Origin: Camelus dromedarius | Lineage: Eukaryota | Assembly: GCF_036321535.1 (NCBI RefSeq) | Contig: NC_087437.1 | Location: forward strand, 84,570,001 to 84,634,000 | DNA: 64,000 bases | Direction: 5' to 3' | Shown: in pieces, positions 38,331-51,900 of the stretch | How positions within the stretch are numbered: the stretch's first letter is position 1 | Layout: every line of letters starts with the position of its first letter | The notes under the pieces: generated by a model | What the model saw: only the letters and a program-made list of their open reading frames with translations | Databases searched by the model: none | Told to the model about the DNA's origin: nothing | Position numbers and translations under genes: made by a program

Positions 38331-41300
38331 CTCCCTGCTATGTGACATTAAGATATTCCTCTAGTGTGATGGGTTATCTCTTTCCTCTATTTTTTTTTAT
38401 CTGATGCATAGAAATTTAAGATTCTTCTTATAACAATGAAGGTGTTTCCCAGAAACTTATATTTGAAAATATTAATTTAGCTTTAAACATAATAGTAAGA
38501 ATTCATTAGCTAGAATTTATAATAATCTTTACACTTATGATAATTTTTACTTTTTACAAAAAAGCATATGATAAGTAAGTTTTGTTTAGAAGATATTTTC
38601 AGGGACTATAATTAATTTAAAATTTTAAGGGAACATTGCGGTGGCCTTGTGCAAAAAATGCTTGTTTGCAGGGCTGTCTTCTTAATTATCTCCTCACACT
38701 GTATTTCCATACTGTAAACCTTAAAGGTCGTATTATATTAAATTAACTGTTGAGCTGTATCTTACAATTACCTAACTTTTAAAGTGCTTTTATCTAAAGA
38801 ATTCAAAATTGATTTTACTTTATACTAGCTTAATCAGAGCAAATATTCTTATTTGATTGAGAAAAACATGCATACATAAAGAAAATAATTCAAACATCAT
38901 GAATTTATCTACTCTCACCATCTTATGCTGTAGAGGAGGAATTTGATGTTCAAAAAATCAAATTCTGGGCTAAATTTCCAGAATGAATGGTAGCACATCC
39001 TAGGATAATGGTATCCTGGTTTCTTAACTTTTAGATCTTGAACTTTCCACTACATTATTCTGCCTGTCATGACTTTACTATATTAGGCTATGATTTAAAA
39101 TCCTCTTGTTCCATATCCTGTCTACTTGTACCATGTACTCCTTATTACTCAAAGATGTTCCAATGGTCAGCATTGCTATTTAAAAAGCCTCTAAATTTCT
39201 TAATCATTATCCTTGCATCTATACTGTAATTTTATAGTTGTGTTTATCTTGAGAACATATTTTTCCCAAATGATAAATTTAGCTTTAAATAGGAAAAATC
39301 ACCTGTTCCCATTTCTATATCCATTGCCCTCGAGATACAATCCCTAATTAGTCAAATGGTTGTCACCTAATTAGCTGGACTCTGATTTTGATCTGTCTGC
39401 TCACTACCTTCTTCTCAAGTGAGACAAGCCCTCGGGATATGAAAGCTTATCATCATAGTTTCTGACTGTGAAGGGTTATGGCTCACATAATTGCTGAATA
39501 TCCTTGCCTCTTGCTAGGAAAGTAATACTTGACACAAAAGTGTATTTATCTACCTTAACCGTTCTGACTCAAGCCATCTCATAACAGCTCAAGCTAGTAC
39601 ACAGTCACAGATGCACAGTTTCTATGTTGAAGGCAAAAATAGATATTGTAATTTTAAGCACTCCATACTAACTGTATTTTTTAAAGGAATAAAAGACAAA
39701 GGAGAGGTTTGGGGGCATCCTTTCCTCTCACTTAAATTTTTAAAAATACTTCCAGCCCTACTGGAAAATATACTAAATGAAGTTGGAAAATAATGTTGGG
39801 TTAACTGGATTTGGATTTTCATCATAAATATAGTGATGCGGCTACCTCAGTTTCAATTATGCTGTTCATTGTCTGAACATATTTCTCATTATTTGCTTTG
39901 AGAAGAGTGATCACTTTAGGCATAGACTCTGAGCCGCACCATGATTGTTCATTCCTTGTCAAGTTGTGTAAAATCATAAGGAGAAGAAGACCAATTGAAC
40001 TTTCTGGTACGTGTCTGTAAAGCATATGTCATCTGACTGTGGGGTAGTGACACTGAAAAAGCAATTTGTGTTTAAATAGGTAATTATATACTTTTATAAA
40101 TACTTGCTTTTTTCCTTTATTGCTGTTATATGGTTGGCTGAGTGGGTACCTTATCTTTCTTCTCAGAACATAGCTGGAATTATCTAAGGAGATGAGTAAA
40201 TGTCCCTTAAACAACATGGTTCTTCTACAGAATAATGCATTTTCCTAAGCCACACATAAAGTCATAGAAATTATTTTAGCAATTGGCAGAAATTATATTA
40301 TTTAATACACACCAGTGTGCAACTTGGGGAAAATAGGCATTGAAGGTCACATTACCTGTAAAACAGAATGCTCATAAGGGAGAAGTAGTCCTTTAGTATC
40401 TATTCACATTGTATTCTGCCAAACATTTAAAAGTATAGCACAGGTATTTTCAGCAATCTCAGGGCATGCCTCCTCTTGGGTTTCAGAAAATCACTGATAA
40501 AGTAATAAATACCTAATAAGTATTCAGAAAACTCTTACTGGTTGAGTAGCTGATCTGTCTTTATGAAAGCCATTTTTCCATTTATTAACATATTTGATGA
40601 CTACTCTTTGAGGAAATGAAGGAAAAGTTTCCACCCATTAAGGTATTAGCTATTAATGTGATGAATTAAAATGAATCTCCCCTCCAAAAGCAGAGTCCAG
40701 TGAAGATTTTCAGTAAGTACATCAAGATTTACCCCCCAAAATGTCCAAATTTTTGCTGCCACATGCTCTCTTCAACTGACTGGAATTCACATGGTTGAGG
40801 AGACAAGATTAAAACTATTGGATATTTACTCTTCTGTTCACCCTACGTACTTATTACCCAAGACTCAGTCATTCATTATATTAAAAATAAATCAGGAAAT
40901 ATCAATAAGAAAAACAAAAGAAACATCACCCCAAATCCAACCACACAATGTTAAGCACTCCTATCATTTTGTATAAACTCTCAGATTTTTCCCATGATTT
41001 TATGTTGCCATACTATTGGCATCACAATGCATTCTGTTCTGTTTTTGTTACTAAATGATTTTTAGTAGTTGTTTTCTATCAAGAAGCATCTAATTACATT
41101 TTCATTTCTCATGGATGAATGTAGTTTGATTGTCTTAATATTCCATAATTTTGATATATTATTCTGTGGACCTAAGCTGTTTCCAAATTTATAAAAATAT
41201 TTACAAATTGCCATCTTATATATGGTTAACTAGATATTCAAAATGATTTACATGAAATTTCGTCTTTAGCATACACTATATTTTTGTCACTTGTATATTG

Positions 41301-41619
41301 ACCTAGATTTTCTTCTGTTTTCATTAATTATTGACATTTTGGTATTATTGGTCTATTTTAATATACTACCTCTCAAAATAACAAATCTGAATAACCCGTT
41401 TGTCTGTCAGTCATTTCAAGAACAATGGTGTTATAAGAAAAGAGCTTATGTGTCTTATGCATTCTTCCCATTTCATCATACAGAAATTTAAAATAGACGT
41501 GTACATAAGTTTCTAAATTGAGTAAAATTAATGACGTCATTGCTTCATCAAGGACATTTAAAAAGTGAAACTGGCATTTCTATTTTTCTGTGGGTGGATG
41601 GCTTTGAAGAATACAGTGA

Positions 41620-41815
41620 CTATGAGCATAATTTGGTACCACTGCCAGAACTTTTACCCACCATTTCTTTTGGACCATCAGTACAAATGTTAGCATAGTG
41701 AAAAAAGGCAATTAATGCCTTGGAATTACTATAAAAATAATTTCTACTTTGGTTTCCTCCAAAAGAAACTTAGAGTCACCAATCAGTCAGCAAACCACTT
41801 TTGTCTACTACTGAC
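41620..41815. mobile_element. hAT-Charlie-type DNA transposon fragment
   Basis: catagtgaaaaaaggcaattaatgccttggaattactataaaaataatt...accacttttgtctactactg. Confidence 0.45.
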
Positions 41816-43149
41816 CTAATGAGACTAATTTAGTTACGTTGTCCATGTAGTCTTAGAGTCACTCACCAGGTATACCCATTGACCACATTCATAGTCTGTG
41901 GGGATACATTAATGAACAAAACAGTGAGTAAAACTCATTGTTGTCTTTTAAGATGCATGAATAATCATCATACGTGAAAATATTGAAAAATACTGACTAG
42001 AAGCTGTTTACTGAAGACTACTGTAAGATACTATAAGATATAACTCTCAATAAATTGATTTTTATGGACATTTCAATTTTAAGTGAGGTTTTTAAAAAAT
42101 CATGGTATTTGGTTCATTATTGATGCATTTTTATAGATGAATAAATATCTCTAGTATAAACTTTGTTTAAATAGATCTTTCAACTTTTGAGCTCACCTTA
42201 GAAATTATTTACTGAATTAATTATTTAGAAATAGAAATACACATTGTGGTGCTATTTTTTGGAGAGCTAGTGTCAGTGAAATTTTGTCAATAATATAAAG
42301 CAAAGAAAATGACTTCATTAAATACCACAAAGATCAGGTATTAATGCAGTTTTCAGGATTGCAAACTATTCTAATGAGTTACTAGTATGTTCTTTGTCCA
42401 TACCCCTATAAGATACCTATTTGGCAGAGAAAATAGAGCACAGCTGAAAATCATACAATCAAATCAATGGAAACTTAGACTTATAACCAACCTATTTCTA
42501 AAATCTGAAATTTTTCACTAGGTAAAAACAACTGGAGGCATATCAAGGGACATAATTTGTGACTTGTGGGAGTTACACTGTTTATCAGGCAAGTATGGTT
42601 TGCCTGGTAGTAGCTAAGAACACTTTAGCCTTTCCAACAGATTACTGCTTGCTGGTTTAGAGATGGCTTATTTTACCAACTATAAAACCTGGAAAACTAG
42701 AAATAAATTGTACTTTTCATCATTATCAGTTTCTATGTTTCCAAAAACTTTCTGAGACTTCTTTACTCATTCAGTCTGTCAGGATGCTGAGTAAAGGCTG
42801 CTGGACATGGTTTTCTTTTAGGAGTTATAACTGTGCCACGTAAGATTTACAGAAAAACAAAATCAGAATGAGCCACAGGGCAATATATTTTCAGATTAAC
42901 ATATCTGAAAGACAGGCCTTACTGAAGCAATAGCACGCAAGTCTATGAGAGTTGTCCTGTATAGAGGTACTAAAGGTGTCAGGCTTTGTGTGAAAAGATG
43001 TATTCATCCATCTCAGGCTGTAGATTGGAGCGCAGGATGTTCTAAACACCCAGATGAATAGTGGCAATAGCAAAGGAATAGTCTCATATTTTCTTCCTTG
43101 GCAAACATTAGGTCCATTTGGACATACAGTTTATCAAAGATAAGTAAGC

Positions 43150-43970
43150 AAAAAAAGTTAAGAATCCAAACTGTGGAATATACTTTGAAAAAGAAAACAA
43201 AACAAAGTATTATGTCATAGACTTGTAGGAAAAGCTGACCACAATCAATCAAACAAAGGAAAAATATTTAGATAGGTTAGATTTATATTTTTCAAAAGGT
43301 ACAAGAAAATACCAGTTCAATGAAAGGAAAGTGAGAGGTCCTAAGGCAACATCTAGAGGAATGATAGCCGACCAAAGATTCAAAACATCCTTCCTAGATA
43401 TGTGCGCTCACGTGAAAACAGAGACTAAAAGGTCATTGAAAATGTAATAGCAAAATTATGATCTATTCACTTAGGAAACTGGAAAGAACACATTAAGGAA
43501 AATTCTAACAGTGATTCTCAGGACATTTTGAGAAGATCCCCTAGAATATCAAGCTAAGGCCAGTAATCCAAACTTTCTAAGAATGACATGGTTGGCATTG
43601 AGGATAAAGGAAAAAATGATAGAAATTTATAGTATTAACTTATTGGCAAAAAGGAAAAAAAAAAACAATAATCAAACTTATAATAAAAGAAAGTCAACTT
43701 GCTGATTTGACAAATTACATGGGTAGGTGTCCCCAGAGTGCTTACTGAACCTAGATAAAATTAGCGAGAAGACAATCACATATTATATTTTGAGTTACAG
43801 TTATAAAGGAAAAAATAATCAACATACATCCATGCAAAAACTACCTGGTTACTTACACAAAAAGCTAAACAGAAAAATCATATCAGATTATGTTCAAACT
43901 TAGTCTCCGAAAGACTAAATGTCGGGAAAATGGTGATCAATATTTAGAGATTAAAAAAAACCAGAACTAT
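43150..43970 (+). mobile_element. Very old L1/HAL1 ORF1-region remnant
   Basis: A-rich degenerate ORF1-like phrases; weak similarity only. Confidence 0.4.
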
Positions 43971-45325
43971 GTTAATTGTTTGTCACCTAGTAATTCTGAC
44001 TGCAGAAACAATATTGGGTACAGAAAATGATCTCAACTTCCTACCCAGTTATCTCAGAATAAGAAAGACCAAATTTTTCAATTCAAAATGTGTGCCAAAA
44101 ATATGTGTCCTGGCCCAAGAACTTAACCTTTTTGGTTGCTATGGTAAGTACATTTTGATTTTCCAGATGGATGCCTCAGAACTTATAAACCTGATGATAT
44201 TCGAATTGCAGATGATTTTGCTGTCCCCATTTACTTCAATTTTATTCTTCCTAAAGTTTTGTTTGCAAATTGGCTGCCATTGTAAGATACCTACAAAGAA
44301 AAAAAATTCCTAACAGGAAAATTTATGTCTAGATTTCTTTTGAAGTTGTCACTTCACAGTTCTTGAATATGGATAATTTGTCATATGGTTTATGTATCAA
44401 TCCAGAATACTTTTAAATAGAAATATTCTTAGTGTGTGACGGAAGTCTGTGTCTCAAAGACTTAGGACAAAACTTTCGACTATGAAATATTTACTAGTAG
44501 ATGTAAGGCCTCTGTGGACAAAACTAACTGGTTTTACCTTTCTTATTTAAAATTCTGCTTTAGACATTAGGTTACAAATATTGGTTTCTTTAATTTTCAT
44601 AGTAACTGCAGTAGAAAATTCTACTTTTTCTTCACGTTTTCTGTGAGATAATTGAGCCTCCAAAAAGATAGGAAAATTGACAATGTTCATAGTTTGTTGT
44701 CTTGAGAGCCTCCTTAATTAGCATATTTTATAGGCCTTTGTGCAATATGCAGACAAAAGAAATTCATTTTCATATAAATTCCACCACCACCGTTAAAATC
44801 CTGCTTTGGTAAATTGAAATTCATTGTATTGATTCTAATTCCTGACATTTGCCTACAAAGCAAATAAAAGAAACATGTTATACATTTTTTAAAAATGTTA
44901 TATCTTGAAGCAAATAATTTGGAGTTTCCTGAAATTTGAGGTGCAGTGAAATCTCATGAATTCTAGGTTATTCCAGCAATACTTTTATTGCCTCAACTTC
45001 TCCTAGATATACTCAATAGAAAAGAATAGAAGTTACACTTTTCTTACTAGAATCATCAGTGAAGCACATATCCTGTGTTTAAAAAGCATAATGATCACAG
45101 GTTTCTTAAATGGGAGAGTATAGTTCATTTTAGGCATATGGCAACAATGGAAAAGATAAGATAGGAAAGCTTCTCTGAAAGTAACATTTTAAAAATGCCA
45201 GATCCTTGTTTAGGGCTCAACATCTAAGAATGATGTCCTGTGGCTATTGTATCTGGACTCTGGGCAGTTTCTCCTTTTTTGAGAAATATAGCTCATGTTT
45301 GCTGCTAAGTTGCTTTCTGTCTTTG

Positions 45326-45408
45326 ATAGATACTTGATGAAACTGTGTATATTTAACTAGAGAATTTAATAGATACTTGATGAACTGTGTATATATAACT
45401 AGAGAATT
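45326..45408. repeat. ~43-bp tandem duplication
   Basis: atagatacttgatga(a)actgtgtatat(t/a)taactagagaatt, two copies. Confidence 0.9.
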
Positions 45409-46903
45409 AGTGGGCGCTAGTTATACTTTGGCTAGAGGTGCATTCTATTAAAAATCACTAAGTCACATGTTGTAGGATGTAGTTACTAGAATTGCTATAT
45501 TTTATTTGGATAGAAGAAAATAGAACTAAATTTGTGTACACATCAGAAACAAATGTTTTCTGAAATTGAAGCTTTATATAAAACAAAAAGATAAAACTGG
45601 CCATCACATCTCATATATTTGAAATAAGGGGCTTTTTATAGTGGGACTGCTGAAGTTAGAAAAAAAAATTGTTCTGTCATATTTAATGGTTTTCTGCCAT
45701 GAGTTATATTTCTTTTATGTGGGAAATAGAATGGAATTGCTTACTGTGTACATGTGCAAGGCCTCCTTGGTGAAAAACATAATGAGAAATAAAATTACTC
45801 TTTTTCATCTTGAGGGAAAACCATATGTATAAGTTATTTATAGCTGCATAATAAATTATCCCAAAGTGATGTAAGGTAACCATAAACATTTATCATTCCT
45901 CATAATTTTTGAAGGTCTGACATGTCTTGTTCAGGAAGTTCTTGAAGTGGGTTGGGTCTGTTGCTAGAAGATATTAACTAGGGCTATAGTCTTTTGAAGG
46001 ACTGACTGGGGCTGAAAGATTCACTACAAAGTTTACTTATATATCCTAGCTGGCAAGTTCGTGTTGCTTGTTGGTGAGCAGTCCTAGTTCGTTTACAAGT
46101 TGGCCCCTGTACAGGGATGCTTCAATGTCCATGTGGCGTATGGGATGGCTTCTCCAAGAGCAACTGATACAATGAAGGCAGAAGTTTTAATATGTTTTTT
46201 TTACTTAGCCACAAAAATAAAAAAAAATAGTGTCCAAAATACCTAATTGGCCACAATTCAGCCTCATTCATTGTGGGAGGGAACTACGATACACTTGTAA
46301 ATACAAGGAAATGAGAATCATTGGAGGATGGTTAGTTCAGTCCATCTTTCCTCCAATGTTTTCATTCCTATCCCCTCATGCAAAATCTATCTCTTCTCTC
46401 CAAAGTCTCTCCAAGTTCTCATCCATTTACAACGTCAGCTCAAATACAGAATCTTGTCTTTGAAATTAGATTTAGGTGTCGGCAAGCCATCTCAGGTCTG
46501 GTGCCTAGAATGCAGATCCTCTTGATCTGAAGACCTATGACCCAAAAGACACAAGTTATATGCCCCCTTTCCCCCATACATTCAGTACACAGTATGGGAT
46601 AGGCATAGAATTACTGGCTTAGAACTTCTAGTTAACAAAGGGGAGGATGGGGAAACACAAAGCACTCACTGTTCCATAACATTTCTGAAATCCAGAATGA
46701 CACATATTACCAGTTCCTAGGTTATGGCGCAAAGGCTGAGAATTATATACTGTGGTTCTTGGAACTGTCCTCTGAGTAATTTCTCTTTTTCCATGAAACA
46801 TAGCTCTTGTGTGCTGATGAGTGACTTTCTCCAGACTGCTTACTTGCATATAGGCTTACTTGCATACAGAATTTTGGGTGTCCAACAGACATTGTTTTCC
46901 TCT

Positions 46904-47853
46904 TCTTTCTTTTTTTTTCAAGTGAGATATAATTGGCATATAACATTGAGTAAATTTAAGGTATACAATATGTTTATTTGACACTTATATATTACAGTAT
47001 GATTACCATAATAGTGTTAGCTAACAGCTCTATCGCATCACATAATTATACTTAGAATAATATTCTCAAGGTCCATCCATGTTGTTGCAAATGGCAAGAT
47101 TTTCTTCTTTTTCATGACTGAATAATATTCCATTGTGTATCTATATCTATACCTCACATTTTCTTTATCCATTGGCACTTAGATTGTTTCCATATCTTAG
47201 TTATTAAGAATAATGCTGCAATAAATATGAGAGTACAGATATCTTTTCTATATCCTGTTTTCATTTCCATTAGATATGTATCTAGAAGTGGGATTATGGG
47301 ATCATATGGTAGTTCTACTTTTAATTTTTTTGTGAAATTTTCATACTGTTTATAAAACTCCTAGAAGGAAACATAGAGGGGAAACTCCTTCATGTTGATC
47401 TTCCCAGTGATTTTTGGATATAACATCAAAAAGCAAGTGACAAAAGTGAAAATCAAAAGGTGGGGCTACATTAAACTAAAAAGCTTCTGCACAGCAAAAG
47501 AAACAAACAGCAAAATTAAAAGGCAACCTGCAGAATGAGAGAAAGCATTTGCAAACCATATATTGAATAAGGGGTTAATATCTAAAATGTGTAAGTAACT
47601 CATTCAACTCAATAAAAATAATTTGATTTAAAAATGAGCAGAGAAACTGAATAAACATTTCTCTAAAGAAGGAAACTGAATGGCCAACAGGTACTTGAAA
47701 AGAGACATCATTAATCATCAGAAAAACGTAAATCAAAACCACAGTGAGATATCACTTCACAGCTGATAAAATGACTATTATCAAGAAGAGATGCTATATC
47801 AGGTGTTGGTAGGGGTATGGAGAAAAGAAAACCCTTGTGCACTGTTGATGGGA
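46904..47853 (-). mobile_element. 5'-inverted (twin-primed), truncated L1
   Basis: T-rich tail and antisense 3' end 46904-47350 are joined to a sense ORF2 segment 47351-47853; approximate TSD ttttcc(cc)tct. Confidence 0.8.
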
Positions 47854-48163
47854 CTTTTCCCCTCTGGTTCTGTTATTGTCTCTTTCAATACAAGCTGTTA
47901 GTGTAGGACAATTCTCTTAAGACTTTTTTAGGTCTCCTATGAATAATATTGGGTCAAATTCACTAAACAAAAGCCACACCTGCAAATTTCTTTGATATAA
48001 ATGCTCTTCTACATGTTCTTCTGCTTACACTGCTGAACAATATTGCTTTGTATTCTTAGAAGCTGTTATTTGGCATATCAGTTCTCTGAAGCACTGCCCT
48101 AGATATGTCTAAGGTTTCAACAAAGGATTTTACACTCACATCCCTGGTTTTATTTTTAGACTG

Positions 48164-48630
48164 TTTGTGGTCTAATAATCAACCACAGAATAATAACCTG
48201 CAAAGATGTCCTTGTCTCAATCTCTGAAACCTGTGAATCTGTTACCTTACATAGAAGTATTTGCAGATGTGATTAAGTGAAAGATGTTGAAATGGGGAAA
48301 TTATCCTGGGTTATCTAGGTGGGCCCAATGTAATTACAAGAGTCCTTAAAATATATCCAGGAGAGTCAGAGAAGGAAAATATAATGGCATAACCTGGGGT
48401 CAGAGTAATGTGGCCATGAGTCAAAGACTGTGGACAAATGTAGATGCTGAAAAAGGCAAGGAAGAGTAGAGCCTCCAGAAGAAATTGCTGCTCAGGTGAC
48501 ACCCTTTGATTTTAGCCCTCTAAGACCCATTTTGGACTTCTTACCATCAAATTGGAAGAAACTAAATTTATATTATTTAAAGCCTCTATGTTTGTGGTAA
48601 TTTGTTGCAACAGAAATAGGAAACTAATAG
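48164..48630 (+). mobile_element. MLT1C/D-like LTR with 5-bp TSD GACTG
   Basis: aaacctgtgaatctgttaccttacat...ttatctaggtgggcccaatgtaattacaag...aataggaaactaata; gactg at 48159-48163 and 48631-48635. Confidence 0.8.
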
Positions 48631-51079
48631 GACTGTGTTTTCCTGAGTATGCCTTGGATTTGGTTTTGTCTAGAATACATTGCTTACTTTTAACATGGTT
48701 AGCCACCTGGAGAGGCTGGGAAATTTCAAACCCAGAAGGTTGTTGCTTTCAATTTTTTAAAAATCATTCTGTTGCATTTTCCTATAAGCATCAAGAAGAG
48801 ACGAGATGGCACATACAACACTCTGGTTGGAAATATCCCTATCTAGATCTGACAGTACACTAAGTATTTTATTTCCTGTTCAAATTATAATAGACACACT
48901 TTCTGCCACTACACAATCTTCTGCTTTCTCTTGCTTTTCTGCTACTTATTATGAATAGATCACTGAGACTTATGTAAATGCTTTTATGAATAAATTTTGT
49001 AAAGGGCAGTCACTTTCCAAAACTGTGGGTCTAAGTACATGCTATAGTTTATATTTTGTAAAACTAGTGAAATAATAAATAATTCAAACTAATTGTTTGG
49101 GTAATTTAATTTCAAAATTAAATTATTAGGATTTTAACAAAGAATTCTGTTGATAAATGTGAGGCCAATTCATAGAATAATTATGTTGATTCTGTCATTA
49201 TAGTTCATCAACTATTTATTTATATTTATCCTATTTTGCTACAGGGAATGAAATTTTATTTAGTTATTTAAATAATATTTGCTTTCTTCAATAGTATATT
49301 GAATTACATATACAATGCATTTTTAAACATATGATTAAATCATATTTTGGATTTACACAGTAATAGTATTCACAGTATTTCTACTACAACATAATGTGCT
49401 ATTCTGTAAAGTACTGAAATACAATTTTATTTTATTCATTCAATTATGTGCATATCTCAGTGCTGGTTTATTATGTTATAATAGCCTAGAAAAAATAAAC
49501 TTGGAATTATATACTTGCTTGGTAAATACATGTCATTAAATAAACAGTTTCAGTGTAAAACATGATTTTTACGCAAATGATACATTTCAATTAGTACAAA
49601 TGAGGCTTTTCTTAAAATTTCTGTATATACTCTATTTCTGTAGGAAAATTTCTGCTAGTATTTTCTCTTTCTGTGCTTCACATATAATTAATATCACCAC
49701 TGATATACTATCTATTCAAAAAGCAGAACCTATAAATTACTTTTTCCTCAAACCATTCTTAATTGGATAGACACACAAAGGAACATCATTATTTTATTGA
49801 TAGATGATATGTATATTTCTCAGCTAACAGCTACCTGATACAATTTCTACATTCCCCAAAAACCAACCAGCTACAGATAATCTCAGCTGACAGTCTATCT
49901 CTATTTCCTAATCAAATCATCACTCTTTCAGATCAGTTATTTTCTCTTTGGATACATGAAGTGCGTTACAGATATGACATTTAGATTGCGAACACATCCA
50001 GCAATTAGCAACAAATGCACTTTCCTAAATTATTTGATCATGAAGGAGTCAGGGCCTGAATGAATGTCATACAGGCTAGTAAACTTACTGTATCAGTTAT
50101 GAAGTGTTGATGAAAAATTGCTGACTTGCATGGACACCAGAACAGGGAAAGCATAGACACCAAGAGGTCAAGTTGAGGACACTGAGTGCTTCAAGCTGGA
50201 CTCAGGGATGCTGGAAGGGAGGTGAGAGGGCACTGAAAACAAACTTGGCCTATTTTGAAATTTTGCCTGCAGCTGTAATATACCTCTGTAAATATCTCCA
50301 TTACTGATTTGTGCCTGTCACACCTGTCATTTTGTTACATGATCATTATTGTCTACATCTTTTTTTGCCTGTGAAACCTAATTGCTGCCAACTACCCATT
50401 TTGATACTCTAAAAATCTTGTATTTCTTTCCTTATCTCTGATTTTCTTGTCTCCTTTACTTAAATGCATTGACATTAACTTTCTAGTTGATTTTTATTCT
50501 TTTTCCAACTAGAAGCCCTCATTTCTCCCTTGTGAGTGCCCACTTAAAATTAAATACTTTTGGTACCTGTGATTTCTCCCTATTTAAAGACAAGAAATAG
50601 TAATAATCTAAAGGTAAATTCACCTTTCCTAGACCAGTACAAATACCATTAATTAATGGAAAGAGCCACATGATTGCTGAATGCCAAGTATAAAATAATT
50701 GAATGTGTGATTCAAAAGCTTAGATTTACATCATTTGTATCTAGATATGTTTGCTTTCTAGCTAACTCAAATACACTAATTCATATATGAAAGTTCCATC
50801 CAAATAAACCAACCACAGGATGATAATGTAAATTTGAGTATCATCATATCAGATCATGTTATTCTAGTTCTAATCATTTTAGAATACAGAAAAATAAACT
50901 ATTTCATTTATTTCTCAAAATTTATATTTCTTCTGTTCTATTTTTATTTAAAGAAATATCAAGTAAATTTTTCCCTTTTTTTAACAGTAAGAGTTAATTT
51001 TATGTAGGACTCAGAATACAAAGAAAATATCTCAAAAATGTCACCACACAATTGCTCACAACAAAAGTCTATGAGTCAT

Positions 51080-51900
51080 TCTTGATTTTTTTTCCTCTCC
51101 TCTCCACATTCAGCCCACTAGCAAGTCCTTTGGTATTACTTAGGAAATATGTTTTAAACCTATCCATTTATATCCATTTCTAGTGCCAGTATCTTAGGCC
51201 AAACTGTCATTATCTCATTTCTGATGTACTGTAGTAGTCTTTTAGTTGTTTTATTTGTTTGTTTGTTTATTTTACTTTATCAATGCTTGTTGTTTCTCCA
51301 ACCTCATAATTCATCTCAGTCGTCCTAACATTTCTCTTGAAGTCTGGTGAAGCCTATGGAACATTTCCGAGAGTAACTGTTTCTAAAATAAAATATTTTG
51401 AATTACAGGGAAAATAATTACAGTTGATCCTTGAACAATAGTGGAGCTTAGGAGCAGCAACCCTCCACTCAGTGGAAAATCTGCCTTTATACAAGATTCG
51501 ACGTCTTCAAATTAAACCAACTGAGGATTGTGTTGTACTGTAGAATGTAGTTATTGGGAAAAAATCCATATATAAATGGACTCATACAGTTCAAACCCCT
51601 GTTTTTCAAAGGCCCACTGTACATTTAAATATCCCCTAATATATGTGTAAAGTGTAAATCAATTCATGTCATAATCCTATTCAATGGATTATCACTGAAT
51701 TAAAAAAAAAAAACCTGCGCTACTTATCTTAAACAAAAAGATTCAACTGGCCTGTCTCCCCAGTGTCTGCCATCTTGTCCCTTACTTACCAGTTCCTTGA
51801 TAAATATATTTTATTTTCTGTCAACACTCAAACTCTTTCTGTTCTCATGTGTTTGAACTTGATGTTCCCTGAGTCTGCCTCACATGTCACCTTATATCCT
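51080..51900 (+). mobile_element. L2 remnant hosting a hAT fragment and a Tigger MITE
   Basis: ccacattcagcccactagcaagtcc...ggccaaactgtcattatctc; hAT-like gtctggtgaagcctatgga near 51340. Confidence 0.55.
51421..51619. mobile_element. Tigger1-derived MITE with TIRs and TA TSD
   Basis: TA|cagttgatccttgaacaa ... tttttcaaaggcccactg|TA. Confidence 0.85.

Larger units (their letters stand above)
45826..48910 (-). mobile_element. MaLR provirus remnant (MLT1 LTR ~45826-46340 plus MLT-int) with nested insertions
   Basis: LTR end gtataagttatttatagctgcataataaattatcccaaa; internal phrases aggcatagaattact...aaaggggagg...ttctgaaatccag resume after each insertion. Confidence 0.65.

Noticed and set aside
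43969..44313. 114-aa ATG ORF
   Set aside because: AT-rich, hydrophobic random-like composition; no recognisable homology.
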